A stretch of DNA of 64,000 nucleotides from the NCBI GenBank assembly GCA_040437565.1, contig JBDOQK010000018.1, positions 62,001-126,000 on the forward strand, given 5' to 3'. This DNA is from Albugo candida. Its lineage: Eukaryota. Below are positions 1 through 14,678 of the stretch, in pieces; position 1 is the first letter of the stretch, and each line of letters opens with the position of its first letter. The position numbers were made by a program, and so were the translations under genes. The notes beneath the pieces were generated by a model. That model was given only the letters and a program-made list of their open reading frames with translations, made no database searches and had not been told where the DNA came from.

Positions 1-568
1 GCGTATTGTCGACGGCAGGTTGAGCTTTTTGTTGAACTTTTGGAACGATTTCCCACTTCAACTTCAAGTTCCTTAACTGTAACTCTGCTTCATTACTTGT
101 TAAGGAGATGCATTTCAACTTGCAAGCATACAAACGGTCAAAATTGTAATTTTTCGTGAGTTTGGTCTCAAAAAAGAAAAGATTGGTTGGATTGGCAGAG
201 CTGCTTCTGCAACCTCTTAATGTCTGGATGTAGAAATTAGATTCTTCTTGTTCGCCCCACGGCGTTGATTTGAATCCTGATGCGTATATCTCAACGTGAC
301 GTACGGTAGCTGAAAACTGAAAATGGATTTGCTTGCACGTATACTCGCACTGTTCCCAGTCGAAATCAATTTCACACGCGATGTGCTCGTTTCTATCTAC
401 TTGTTTCGAAGCACGTAGCTGCAGAAAAGGTTCTACCTTTTGAGAAATATCAACATCGGATATGTTAAAAGCATTTATGATAGAGAAACCGGAAGGTAAG
501 GACGATTTATAGGCCTCTACGGGCATTTGATCAAGGCCTTCCGGGCGCCATGAGCTGAACATCTGCAT
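1..568 (-). CDS. Hypothetical protein, runs off the left end of the window; weak resemblance to the PAAT/C10orf88-like family
   Basis: Hand translation gives an open frame from ATG at 568 (MQMFSSWRPEG...FSATVRHVEIYASG...FYIQTLRGC...) with no stop before position 1. It is not in the ORF track because it is truncated. The family resemblance is by eye only. Confidence 0.6.
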   Translation of the reverse strand, partial: MQMFSSWRPEGLDQMPVEAYKSSLPSGFSIINAFNISDVDISQKVEPFLQLRASKQVDRNEHIACEIDFDWEQCEYTCKQIHFQFSATVRHVEIYASGFKSTPWGEQEESNFYIQTLRGCRSSSANPTNLFFFETKLTKNYNFDRLYACKLKCISLTSNEAELQLRNLKLKWEIVPKVQQKAQPAVDNT

Positions 569-829
569 TATAATCCGAACTTTGTTTAAGTACGGGTCGA
601 GTGAGTACAAACTTTAAGGGATGATACAACCGATGCTGTATACTCGTTTGCTGAGAATATCGTTACAGCCCAACTTCAAAAAGCACGCTTTATACAAACG
701 GCAGGATGGACGTGGGTCATTGCAAGAGAGTGACATGTTCGAAATCCATTTTTGCTAGTTTCATCCAATCAAATGCACTCATTAATATGAGGAGCGAACG
801 AAATTTTTTCCGATCATCTGCATTCTCAA

Positions 830-930
830 TAATGACCAATCCAAAAGTAATGATAGAGATGTGCTATCCTTCGATTTTTAGACTTTAAAAAACAATCAAT
901 CCGATTGACTAATACTCAGCCAATCCGATC
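830..930. promoter_or_regulatory. CCAAT-box cluster in a divergent intergenic region
   Basis: tgaccaatcc (~833) and agccaatccg (~918), plus caatcaat and gattga, lie between two divergently transcribed genes. Confidence 0.35.
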
Positions 931-1129
931 CGTCCGCGCGGGTAAAAGCAGGAATTTAGAAATGCAATATCCGGCGAAATGAATGTAAGAATCAGATCAA
1001 ACAAAGGTAGTGCGATCGAATGAGATATAGAAATAAAGGAAATATAGAACACACGTCTTTTCCCGTCTTGGATCCTGCTGAATCGCTAAAGCTACGACTG
1101 CTCAGAATACAACTTCAAGGCAAGTGCCA

Positions 1130-3387
1130 ATGACGACAGAAACCGATAAAATTGCGCACTCTAGCGCAAATACATACAAAAGCGTAGACTGTAGCGAAAG
1201 CGCATCCTCCCGTAATAGTGATTTTGACAGTCATGGAGACGGTAGGGTCTTGATGCCTTGACTAGCTTCCGCCATTACTTATCTGACTACTTGATAGATT
1301 CAACGGAACCCGAAAATGAAGATGAGCTCTTGGAATCTGAATGCGATGAAAGCGATGGAACGAGCGAAAAATCTCTATCCTGTGATATATCGGATGCAAA
1401 GGCGACTTCCGAGTGCGTGGAGAAAGCGTCTGACTCGAATAGAAGCTCTCAAAGTTTCGAGTCTTTCGATGCGGAAAGTGTCGAGAAAGAAAGTGAAATA
1501 ACTGATACGATTGATAAGACACTGGAAGACTTGGTGACTTGTGTCACTCATAATCATCACACTCGGACTCACAAAGACATAGTCACAAACGCACGTATGA
1601 GTGATGAGGATAAAGTCGTGAGTGAGAGAAAAAGCACTCAAATGATAGAGAACAAAGACGATTGTGAAATCAGCAGTATGACTGCTTCAGCGGAAGGGGA
1701 AGAGACTACACTTCCAAAAGAATCCAATGAGAGTCAAGAAATGCAAAAAGAGAGCGTTAAAGAAAATGAAGAGGTGTTCGAGGATACCGTCACGATTGAG
1801 GAAATCAGTCAGGAGGCTACTGTTAAAATTGAGGAACTGAGGGACACGAACCGCAACAAACAATTGAGTGAGGGGAGCTGTCCTCCCTCTTTCATTCCAC
1901 CGACGCGAAAAAGCGAAGGAATAGAGCTTGGAAGTCAAAGAAATGACAAAGAGAGACAGACGAAAAGCAGTAATGTATTGCGTATCACTGAACGCTTTGG
2001 TGGGAATGTCTTCAAACCCGTCGACATGCGAACTGAGATCAAAAGCCCAAGTATATCACCACAGTCCTTTGTCGCAGAATCCGCTTTGAGTTCACATCCG
2101 CGAAAGCCTACCGCGAGTCCTCAGAAGCCCACGCAAAATGATGAAAAACCAATTGAGGAAATCACAACTACGACTTTGACTGTCCCTCAAGACTCTCCTC
2201 AAAGTGAAAGACACACTTCAGAGACCGATGAGGGTATTATCGGAACTCTATGCGGTTTGGCTCAACGTGTCATCCATCATCAAGCAGCGCCCAAGCACGT
2301 ATACCACGCTGAGGAAAGCGATTCAAACGAAAACACCGAACCAAAATCGACGGAGGAAAAAATCCTCACCTCAGAAATCCCTCATCCAAGGACAACTGTC
2401 CCACACGAACAAAGTGAATCCGATCGTAAATCCGTTTGCAGCGATCAAACTATTCCTTTGGACGCTACGAATGAAAATACCATCCAAACGAGCACTTCAT
2501 CTGTCCCAATGGAAAGTCCCCGAGTCGACAAATCGATCGAATACGAGCCAAAATCCGATATCAGCCCACAAATGGACACCACATTACCGCTATCCCAACG
2601 CGAAGAAGGTGAGCCTGAAGCTCGACATCACCTCCACAGATCAGAATCCCGTTCAAATAGACCAATCTCAGACCGCCGGTCGGATATCTGTGTCCATGAT
2701 GGCTCTAATGATGAAAGCAGCACGGATCCCTCTTCCTCAGTTCGATCGTCCGCTGTAGAAGAAGCGAATTTTAAAGAGAATATGAATGACCAACTGAGTA
2801 GTCAGATCCCTCCCAATGGATTCAAAGCGATTGTCAGCAAATTTGAGCCTAAAATGGAGTCTCCGAAACCTTTCATTCACTCCAAATCCGATGAATTGGA
2901 TCATAAGCTTTTCGAAATGAATTCGTTCCAACCAAAAGCATCCGAAAAGAGTCAACAAAACGAAGTCGACGATTCAGAAATGCGAAGTAGCAATGACACG
3001 AATGCCGAGTCCTTACCCATTACGTCGTCATGTGCTTCCCCGAGGCGCAATGCGACTTCTGCGGCTTTGCAGGATGCACACACTGAGACTGCTTGTACCC
3101 CATACAATGTACCTACAGAATCCAAGCCCACAAGTTCCATTTCCATTCCAATTCAGAAAGCTTCTGTCGATTCGAAAAGCAAAGAAACAAGTACAGACGA
3201 AGAAAACGAACCAAAAGCACCACAGACGGCTACAAAAATGACTTCATCTTCTACGCGTGCAAGTCGAGCTCTTATCAAGAAATCAAAGCATCCAAGCCCA
3301 TTCACATTGTGGCTACGTAATACGTTCTCAAAGCCTCTTTTCGGGAAACTCAAATTCACCAAACGGAAATCCGATTCACGAATTTGA
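1130..3387 (+). CDS. Large acidic Ser/Glu/Thr-rich, probably disordered hypothetical protein (2 exons)
   Basis: 709-aa ORF. An upstream exon (ATG 1130..1241) joins it in frame through a GT..AG intron 1242-1297 with a ctgac branch point. The C-terminus is basic and amphipathic. Confidence 0.7.
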
Positions 3388-3439
3388 AAAGCACAAAAAT
3401 ACGCGTAAACTGTTCACATTGTATTTGAAACTGATTCTT

Positions 3440-5220
3440 TTACCACTCGCCCCAATCTTGAAGCTTTTTGCCTTTTGGTTGATTCGTGGCATCCTCAGAC
3501 TCTGTAGCTCCATCGTGGGCGTCGGAATGGCTCAGTATCGTCACTTTCTCGAGTTCTTCACGCAAATGTGCGATCTGTGCCTCCATTTCAAGCCGGGTTG
3601 TGGCTACACCGCGATCAAAGCTTTTTTGCTCGGCTTGCTCCATTTTGCGTATCCACTCGTTCTTCATCTCTGTAAGAGCTGCATCCGCTTGTGCTGCACC
3701 CTCTTTCCGTCCGCTTTCAAACGCGTTTTCTTTTTCCTCTGTCAGCGCTTGGAGCTTCTTCTCGTACTCTTCGATTTCAGACTGACGATCTTTTGGAAAT
3801 GTGTCGAGTGATTGAGATTTGGCAACTATTAAATCAGCTTCCACTTGTTCTTTGAGCTTTTTCATTTTCATCGCACGAACTTTCCAAAGCTCTATTTCTT
3901 TCTTTAGTGAGTCGATATTGAATTCCGGTTGCTGTTGGCTCAATTTGAGCGTAGAAAGCTCATTTTTAAAGTTTTCGATTTCTGAATTGGCGTCGTTCAA
4001 TTTTTCTTCAGACTGTAAAAGGGCTTTATGAAGACTTTGGATGGAGGTTCCATGTGTGTGTACGGCCTCCTGAAGCTTGGAACGTTCGTTTTCTACTTCA
4101 GCTTTGAGTGTAGCAATTGTTTTCTGCGAAGAAAAAGCTTGTTCGCGCTCGTTTCCAAGTAAAAGTTCTAATTGTTCGATTTGTGTTTGTAGCTGTTGTG
4201 CTGTTACTTCCACTAGCTGTACTTTGGAAACCTTCTCTTGACATTTTGCAAGTTCTTTCTCTTTCGATAGCAGAGCCTGTTGAAGCCTCGCGATTTCCGT
4301 GCTGCATTCTTCATCTCCACGTGAACTTTCTTCGGCTTTATTGCTTCCTTCGTGAGAATTGTGATTGATTTGTTGCTCTAGAATACAAATCTTCTGCTTC
4401 AATTGATCCAATTCGAGTTGATGACTGTCTTTCAGGCTCGCTATAATGCCTTCACTTTCACGGACGCCTTCCTCCATTCCAGCATTCTTGGCAGCATCAA
4501 TCTGTAGAGTGATTTCCACCATTTTGCTCTCATAAGCATCGCACAGACTCTGATACTGCATTTCATGTTCGATTTTTTCCTCAGCATGGTCTTCTCTCTG
4601 GCGAGCCTGTAATATCGATAGCTTTTGCTGACATTTTTCATACAAAGATTTCCAGTCTTCCTCGGTAAAACTTCTCGGTGAGGGACTTGATTTATCCTCG
4701 AGTGCCTCCATAGATTCATTCGAGAGCCGGGATCGTCTCATTCGCATGTTTTCAGCTGCTTGTTCGGCGATTTTACGGCGGAAAAAATATCGGCACCAAA
4801 ATTCCTCAAATGAGAGCTGTAATGGTACAAGTTCCTCATGTAACTCACCAATCTCCTTGTCGGAGGCCAATACCTTCGTGACACAATCGTCAGGGAAATG
4901 ATGAAATAAGACATAATAGTGTGGTTACATTTTCAATTTCTTCCGTGTGATTTTCAGCACTGAAAGTTTGCTCAAATGATTTGTATGCGTCGATTTCATC
5001 GTATAATATCTAGAGCCAAATGGTTACAATTTCAAATCGTGTAGTTGAAGCGGTGTACCTCATCGATTGGACCTGATTTGGGGTTCCCAATGGCACTGAG
5101 AAGTAAAGAGGCTTCATCTTGTACAGTAGCAACAATGGAGTGGGCTTTCTCCTGAACAGTTGTGACGTATTCGGATGCATTTGCGGTCGCATTTTTGGCC
5201 GCTTCGTAGAGTTTCCACAT
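3440..5220 (-). CDS. BSD-domain coiled-coil protein (3 exons)
   Basis: ELVPLQLSFEEFWCRYFF matches the BSD-domain FWxRYF signature, followed by long heptad coiled coil. Upstream exons MWKLYEAAK.. and ILYDEIDAY.. join through GT-AG introns. Confidence 0.8.
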
Positions 5221-5536
5221 GTTGGACAAAGTATTACAATAATAGACTAGTATTCTTCGTCCTTTGGGAGTGAATTTACAAGGATATTCTACACTACAAT
5301 GTACAAATTACAAATCTGGTAGCTCAAGTACTGCGGTGGCAGAATCGCACTAAAGTGATCGTTTCGGTGCGTCCCACTGAGCTGATTGTACCATCTTGAA
5401 CAAGAGATGTGTAACATTAGCGGCTTTCCAACTTATCAGCAAAGTTACTAGAGATAGATGGGAAACAGACATACAGAGCCGCCGTATATTGGCGAGTAGA
5501 TTGACGCCATCGCTGATACAAATTGCTTCAATTTCG

Positions 5537-7800
<2,264 letters not shown>

Positions 7801-8703
7801 GGAATCTGATACAACTCAGATCTGAGTAAATACTGTATCATTAACAATGATCTTATTGTCTGACTCGAGTAGTTACCGACTCGGTTATGCCTTTGATAGT
7901 AGTTTTGAATTGACTAAATCATTTGCCTAGTATTCGAGGAGATTGTACTTTGAAAGTGCAGCAAAGCGTTCAAGATTGCTGTATACATGAAGGATACAAA
8001 CCGTAGATAGGTGGAATACGCGCTCTAATTGGCTCGTTGCTTTTAGTGACGCCTTTAATGATCGAAATCCATTCTTTAAAAGCTCACTTTTCGTGTCGTA
8101 GCACATGAAAGGATATTGAAATCGTGAGACCACGCTCTTTTAAAGTGGACGATTCTTAAAAAGGACAATTATATGGCCATGAAGTTATTCAGTGCGATTT
8201 AAAGGCCAAGAACGACGATTGTGACTACAACGCTACCAGACCAACTGGTAGATTTTGCATGCTCAAGATGTACACGATTATATGAAACCGAAGACTTGAA
8301 TATCCAAGATGCAATAACAATCTGGTTGGACTTTGAATGTCGCAACTGGCACTCTGCTTGCAGTGAGATTAAAACGACGTGCACTTTTTGAAGTTCCTAA
8401 TCATATCACACGTGATTGAGCTGATACACGTGCGCAAAGATTGCCGTTGGCGATAAATGTGCAGCATTCAGTCATTCTTTGATTCTATACTTTCGACTGC
8501 CATATATCATGAGTGTTTTTACCGTCTCTTATCTGTATAATAGTGCTGTTTGTCATCTCCTCTGCGACATACGAGCAAGTTGTAAGATATGACGCATTAA
8601 CCCTCTGTAATCTATATTTTACAGCTCTCATTACTGGCTTGTCTTTTACGTATGGGTTATCAAGCGCTCATTCCCGAACATAGATGCGCCATTTTGAGTC
8701 TCC

Positions 8704-9232
8704 TCATAGAGCTAAACCGTATACGTAGAGGATTGCCGTCAGTGATGAGCTTTCCCACGTGATGACACACGACCCATCTGTATCTTCATCCCAATAGACG
8801 GAGCTATAGTAAAATAAAAACACCTTGTAAGAGACTTGATATCATAAAATAACGCCAAACCTATGCGATTCCAGGGCTGCTCCTTTCCTCTGTTGGAAGT
8901 GACACGTAACAATGAACTTGAAGTTCTATGGAGTGTGTAATGAAAATGATGAGTCACTAGTAAGTCATTAATATATGTGTCTCTTTCGCACTGTAGAAAC
9001 TTGCTTCAATTCGTCAATGCATACTTTCAACACGTTTTGAATGCAGTCGTTTGCCTTTGTATACGCAAATCTTTTGTGTAGTGATATGTACGCATGAGTA
9101 AGAAGACCAAAAATTCCTTACTTTGATGTGATCGTATTCTTGGCCATCTATCACTTTCGAAATTGCCTTCTGCACAACAATCTCCACTTCATCTTTCACT
9201 TGCCGGAACTCGTACTTTGATTCCCCGTGCAT
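8704..9232 (-). CDS. Tctex-1 family dynein light chain (4 exons)
   Basis: Hand splicing gives MHGESKYEFRQVKDEVEIVVQKAISKVIDGQEYDHIK|ANDCIQNVLKVCIDELKQVST|NFKFIVTCHFQQRKGAALESHS|SVYWDEDTDGSCVITWESSSLTAILYVYGLAL*. This contains the Tctex-1 FKxIVTC and WDxxTDGSC motifs. Confidence 0.9.
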
Positions 9233-9301
9233 CTCGTCAAAAAAAAAACCTTTCCAAAAATAACTTGCAACTTCAAACGCACTCATCGTTTAAATATCAG
9301 C

Positions 9302-10546
9302 ATGTTGGCACGTCTATCGAATCTAGCACGCAAAGCTCGTTCTTTTTCCTCGCTTGTATCACCGTCATGGATTTTATCTGAGCAGTCGAAGAACGATTCT
9401 CTCATTGTTTTGAATTGCGACCATCCGTCAGAGTTCGACCGTGGTCATATTCCTGCGGCAAAACCTTTTTCTCAAGCCTTTTTCGGTCTAAAGGTGAGCT
9501 TGAACGATTTAGACGACTAGTTATATAATGTGTTATGATTCTAGGGTTCTGGAGGTTGTTTGTCTGAGAGATACCTCGAAGATTTTTTGCAGGACACTGG
9601 ATACGATTCCTCCAAAACTCTGGTTCTCTATGACAATAAGAAAAATCTGGTACGTCACAATCGCAACAGCTCAATAGTTTTGGTCTCTAACGAAACGAAT
9701 GCAGTTATCATCACGAGCGTGGTGGATTTTGAGTCACTACGGAATCTCACGAGAAAAAATAAAGGTATTGAGAATCTCTCACTCGGCTTGTATGGACGTT
9801 GATACATTAATGATATCAGGTTCTTGATGGAGGATGGAAACACTGGGTAGCTAGCGGAAACCCTATTGAAACGGAATCAGCAGAGGAGGAATCTGCCGAA
9901 ATGAATACAGCAGTGAACAAAATCGCACGGTGAGTCATTTATTGCTCAGCGTTTTCCTTACTAATTCGCCTTGTTTGGATTAGAATTCAATTGAGTGCAG
10001 GAGATAAGCTCATCGGACTCGATGAAATACAAACACTTTTGAATGAAAAGGATGGAATTTTTATTGATACTCGAACGGAAGAGGAATTCTCAGGACAATT
10101 TTTATCTGGAAATGCTCGAGGAGGTATTGATTAAAGTATTGTGTCGCCACCGAATTCGTTGTGACATTTCTTGGCTATAGGACATATTCCAGGAGCTCTT
10201 CATTTCGAATGGATTGATGGAATCGATGAGAAGAAAAATGACACATTCAAAAGCGAGGAGCAATTACGAGAAGAATTTCCAGAGCTTTGGGAAACCCATC
10301 CTGATCCTGACACACCAATTATAAGTTACTGTCAAATGNNNNNNNNNNNNNNNNNNNNNNNNNNNNNNNNNNNNNNNNNNNNNNNNNNNNNNNNNNNNNN
10401 NNNNNNNNNNNNNNNNNNNNNNNNNNNNNNNNNNNNNNGCGAATGTGGCATTTATGCTTGAAGAAGTGTGCGGGTTTCATAACGTGAAAGTTTATGAGAA
10501 ATCCATGCAAGAGTATTTAAATCGAGAGGGTATGCATATCGAATGA
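9302..10546 (+). CDS. Tandem-rhodanese sulfurtransferase (TST/MPST family), copy A, 6 exons, probable mitochondrial presequence; interrupted by an N gap
   Basis: Motifs RGHIPAA, VLYD, SSRAWWILSHYG, VLDGGWKHW, IDTR, GHIPGALHFEW and SYCQM. The N-terminus is Arg-rich (MLARLSNLARKARSFSS). The gap hides part of the active-site loop. Confidence 0.9.
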
Positions 10547-10611
10547 ATATATTATAAATTTGTTGTCTATTGTTGATATTACGTGCACACAAACGTACAT
10601 ACATTTCATGA

Positions 10612-10900
10612 CACGGACTTTATTCTCGTTATCCTCACTAGATCACTACTTTATATATGTGCACCCTCCTGAACAAGCTGAACTGTTGCATCCTCGCGCT
10701 GTTCGATACTTCATATGGAGTGTTCTGCTAGCCTAAACGTCCACTCAAAGGATTATAAACTCACTTGCATGTATCTTTTGCGTTACTCTTCTTGTACATA
10801 TATGTAACGATTTACTACTACGATGGTCGCCTACGTTGAAGTCGACACATATCATAACCTCTGGTTGCATGATGTATTTCCACCAACGCCTTGCTAGATT
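10612..10900 (-). pseudogene. Decayed 3' remnant of the SWIB-domain gene
   Basis: Colinear blocks ggactttatt, atcctcactaga, caccctcctgaa and atgtatttccac are shared with 14673-14910. A residual WKYI peptide remains, but there is no intact frame. Confidence 0.6.
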
Positions 10901-12679
10901 TGATAATATTTGATAGTATACGCCAATAAGCAACGAATATAGCTTTCATGGCGTTTGTCACCGTCTTTTTGCTTATCATCAACACATCTGCTATACCGAC
11001 GATATAATAATGTTTATTTGCACAAAATTGGAAGTTTTACTTGATCAAATTTGCCTTTTTCATTGTTATGTGAAGTGTAAGCAGTCAATCTTATCATTTC
11101 TCATGCGCTTGTTATACGTCAGTGGTGGTGACAAATTCATTCGCAACCACATTGCTTGGGCCGGGCCCTTTTCTTAGAACATTGATATTCGATTAACATT
11201 TGCGTCAGAATTGCGGAGGATCCCAAGATGCGCACATACGCAAGTACTGATTACGCTTACATAAATGAGCTCTGCCACAGACGGAATAGCTGCATCAAAC
11301 TGACTTCTCGAAAACCAGTTTCTTCATCATTTTACGATTTCTCATCTCCTCGATGCAATGGCCAAAATAATTGAATTTGAACGAGAAAGTTAGGATTACG
11401 AATATAGCTTGATAGAGTACGACGGGTGTCGCAATGACACATTACATCAAGAAGATGTTGATGGAAGCTGCGGATCGGTGATGTCAAAAAATTTGTTGAT
11501 TCAGTAATTAGTTTACGTGTAGGTTGGATAAACTGTTCTCAGTGACTAATCAAATCACCTTGTCCTGAGCCGGTTCGTATCAAGCTTTTTCTTCCTAGCA
11601 TCTAACCCATGTTCGAATGCATCCCCTTCTCATCATAAGCTCCAATCTATTCGAGCCAATAATTGATACCTCGTCCATGAGATCAGCTCTTCTACCAACA
11701 CATTTCGAAAAGCTAGTATCGAAGATCCTTATCGAAGGGACTTCACGATCTTCTTATTCATACATAGGTCGAAAGTGCAGTTGGTAAGTTTGTTGCTGGA
11801 ATCCTCTAAACGCAACAGCCAATTCGCAAAATGTTCTGAATCGACGGCGCTCAAACTCGATGTCAAGCCTTGGGTAAGTTTCATTTAACGCTTGTACAGT
11901 ACCCAGAAAACCATGTGTATATCATTTCTCTGCCAAGTGTCTTTTAAAATCGCCTTCATGGCGCAGGCACCGATCATTGCCTACCTTCAGCATTTTGCGG
12001 ATCCTTACACTAAAAGATAGATCCGCATCACAGTTGATTAAATCGCAAAGAAACACTTGATTGTGGTGATCTTCCTCGTGTCAAACCTGATAGTTGCCAT
12101 CCTTATCAGAGCATCTACCATATACCTCTGCTGTACGTACAGTGGTTGATAATAGTCCCCAGTTCTTTCAAGTTGATTGTACCCGAACTGGAATTGTGTG
12201 ATTGCATATTCTTCGCAAGCTTAATCTCTCAACGCAGATGTTTGCATTGCTCCTGTTGATGTGCATGGGTTTCAGGCCGTATTTGGTGATGAACGGTAAG
12301 AATATTTATTCTTACGTGTTACGAATCGATGGCAACTTAGCTACGGATGGACATCAAACGGACTACCGAACTTAGAGGCAACTCTGTCAGGCGTCATATT
12401 ACAGCCCTCGTTGGCAGATCCATCAGCTTGAAAATTCTAGCAATCTAATTCAAATAACGCTCGTAAATTCTCAGTCGATAGTTCTTACGTTGGAACATTT
12501 CGAAAGCCCGAAGAAAAACCAGGAGGGAAAAAAGTGCGCCGACTTTCTATCTCATTGCATACACGGAAAGCAAATGCGTAAACAATGACGTATACATCTA
12601 GATCCTCTGATTGAACTTTGATTACTCATCAATTATGAATGAGTTTTTGCTCATCTTCAAAATGTATTACATGTTTGGT

Positions 12680-13150
12680 ACGGTTAAACCAAATACGTAA
12701 AAGATTATCGTTGACGATATTCCTTCCACGTGATGAGGCAAAAAGTATCGACATATTCATTCCAATAGGTAGAGCTCTTAGTGAATACAAACATCTTGTG
12801 AAGAAATGTCACGTATAAATTAAGTCAAACTTAATTAATTCCTTCAGCTAGCTCTACCCTTAGCTGTTTCCGTTCTCGACTTGAATATTATAAAAGATCA
12901 TTTTGACTGTTTTATCAATTCAATAATACACGTAGCTCTTTCCGACAGTAGAAAATAAGAAACTTTCTTCATTTAAAATCCAAACTTCAATACGTATTGT
13001 TGGCAGGCAGTTGCCATCGAATACACTAATTGTTCGGTAATAATATTTAAGGCGGAGTGAGATAACGCTCGTTTTTTATATAAATTTCAATGTGTTGTTG
13101 GCCATTCATTACTTTCAAAATACGTCTAAAACGAAACGTTCAATACATCT
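12680..13150 (-). pseudogene. Decayed Tctex-1 copy
   Basis: Colinear similarity to 8704-9200 (ttccacgtgatga, ccaatag..agct, ttggccat..actttc). It translates as STYWNEYVDTFCLITW followed by a frameshift into IIFYVFGLT. Confidence 0.7.
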
Positions 13151-13234
13151 TTGGATTCTCGTAAGACTAACTGGAAAGGCTTACAAATAATTTGCAACTA
13201 CCAACGCACCAACGATTGATACATAACAGTACAC

Positions 13235-14380
13235 ATGTTTCCACGTTCATGGAATTTAGCGCATAGAGCTCGTTCTTTTTCATCGCTTGTATCACCGTCA
13301 TATATAATATCTCAACAGTCAAAGAACGATTCTCTCATTGTTTTAAATTGCGACCATCCCTTGGAGCACGATCGTGGTCATATTCCTGCGTCAAAACCTT
13401 TTTCTCAAGCCTATTTTGGTTTAAAGGTGAGCTTAAACGATCAAGACGAGAAAGTTACGCAATGATTAATAATTGTAGGGCTCTGAAGGCTGTATGTCTC
13501 AGAGATATCTCGAAGATTTTTTACAGGAGACTGGATACGATTCCTCAAAAACTCTGGTTCTCTATGACAATAGAAAAAGTCTTGTACGTCACAACTTTCA
13601 ATACTTTCGGTCGCTAACGAAATCAATGTAGCTATCATCACGAGCGTGGTGGATTCTGAGTCACTATGGAATTCCGCGGGATAAATTGAAGGTATCGAGG
13701 TGGTTTTCATCTATTTGGAGATCAGTAATTGACAGGATCAGGTTCTTGATGGAGGGTGGAAACACTGGGTAGCTAGCGGAAACGCTATTGAAACGGAATC
13801 GTCAGAGGAGGATTCCGCCGAAATGAATACAGCTGAGACCAAAATCGCACGGTGAGTCATTTATTGCTCAGCGTTTTCCTTACTAATTCGCCTTGTTTGA
13901 ATTAGAACTCAATTGAGTGCAGGCAATAAGCTCATTGGACTCGATGAAATTCAAACACTTTTGAATGAAAAGGATGGACTTTTTATTGACACTCGAACAG
14001 AGGCAGAATTCTCAGGACAATTTTTATCTGGAAATGCTCGAGGAGGTATTGATTAAAGTCTTGTATGGCCACCGAATTCGTTGTGACATTTCTTGGCTAT
14101 AGGACATATTCCAGGAGCTCTTCATTTCGAATGGATTGATGCAATCGATGAGAAGAAAAATGACACATTCAAAAGCGAGAAGCAATTACGAGAGGAATTT
14201 CCAGAGCTTTGGGAAACCCATCCTGATCCTGACACACCAATTATAAGTTACTGTCAAATGGGAGTTCGAGCAGCGAATGTGGCATTTATGCTTGAAGAAG
14301 TGTGCGGGTTTCATAACGTGAAAGTTTATGAGAAATCCATGCAAGAGTATTTAAATCGAGAGGGTATGCATATCGAATGA
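13235..14380 (+). CDS. Tandem-rhodanese sulfurtransferase, copy B, 6 exons, intact
   Basis: Same exon structure as copy A. The active-site loop YCQMGVRA and the C-terminal VKVYEKSMQEY are present. Confidence 0.92.
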
Positions 14381-14678
14381 ATATATTATAAATTTNNNNN
14401 NNNNNNNNNNNNNNNNNNNNNNNNNNNNNNNNNNNNNNNNNNNNNNNNNNNNNNNNNNNNNNNNNNNNNNNNNNNNNNNNNNNNNNNNNNNNNNNGCGAA
14501 TGTGGCATTTATGCTTGAAGAAGTGTGCGGGTTTCATAACGTGAAAGTTTATGAGAAATCCATGCAAGAGTATTTAAATCGAGAGGGTATGCATATCGAA
14601 TGAATATATTATAAATTTTGTTGTCTATTGTTGCTGTTATGTGTACACAAAACGCACATACATTTGATGACTCGGACT

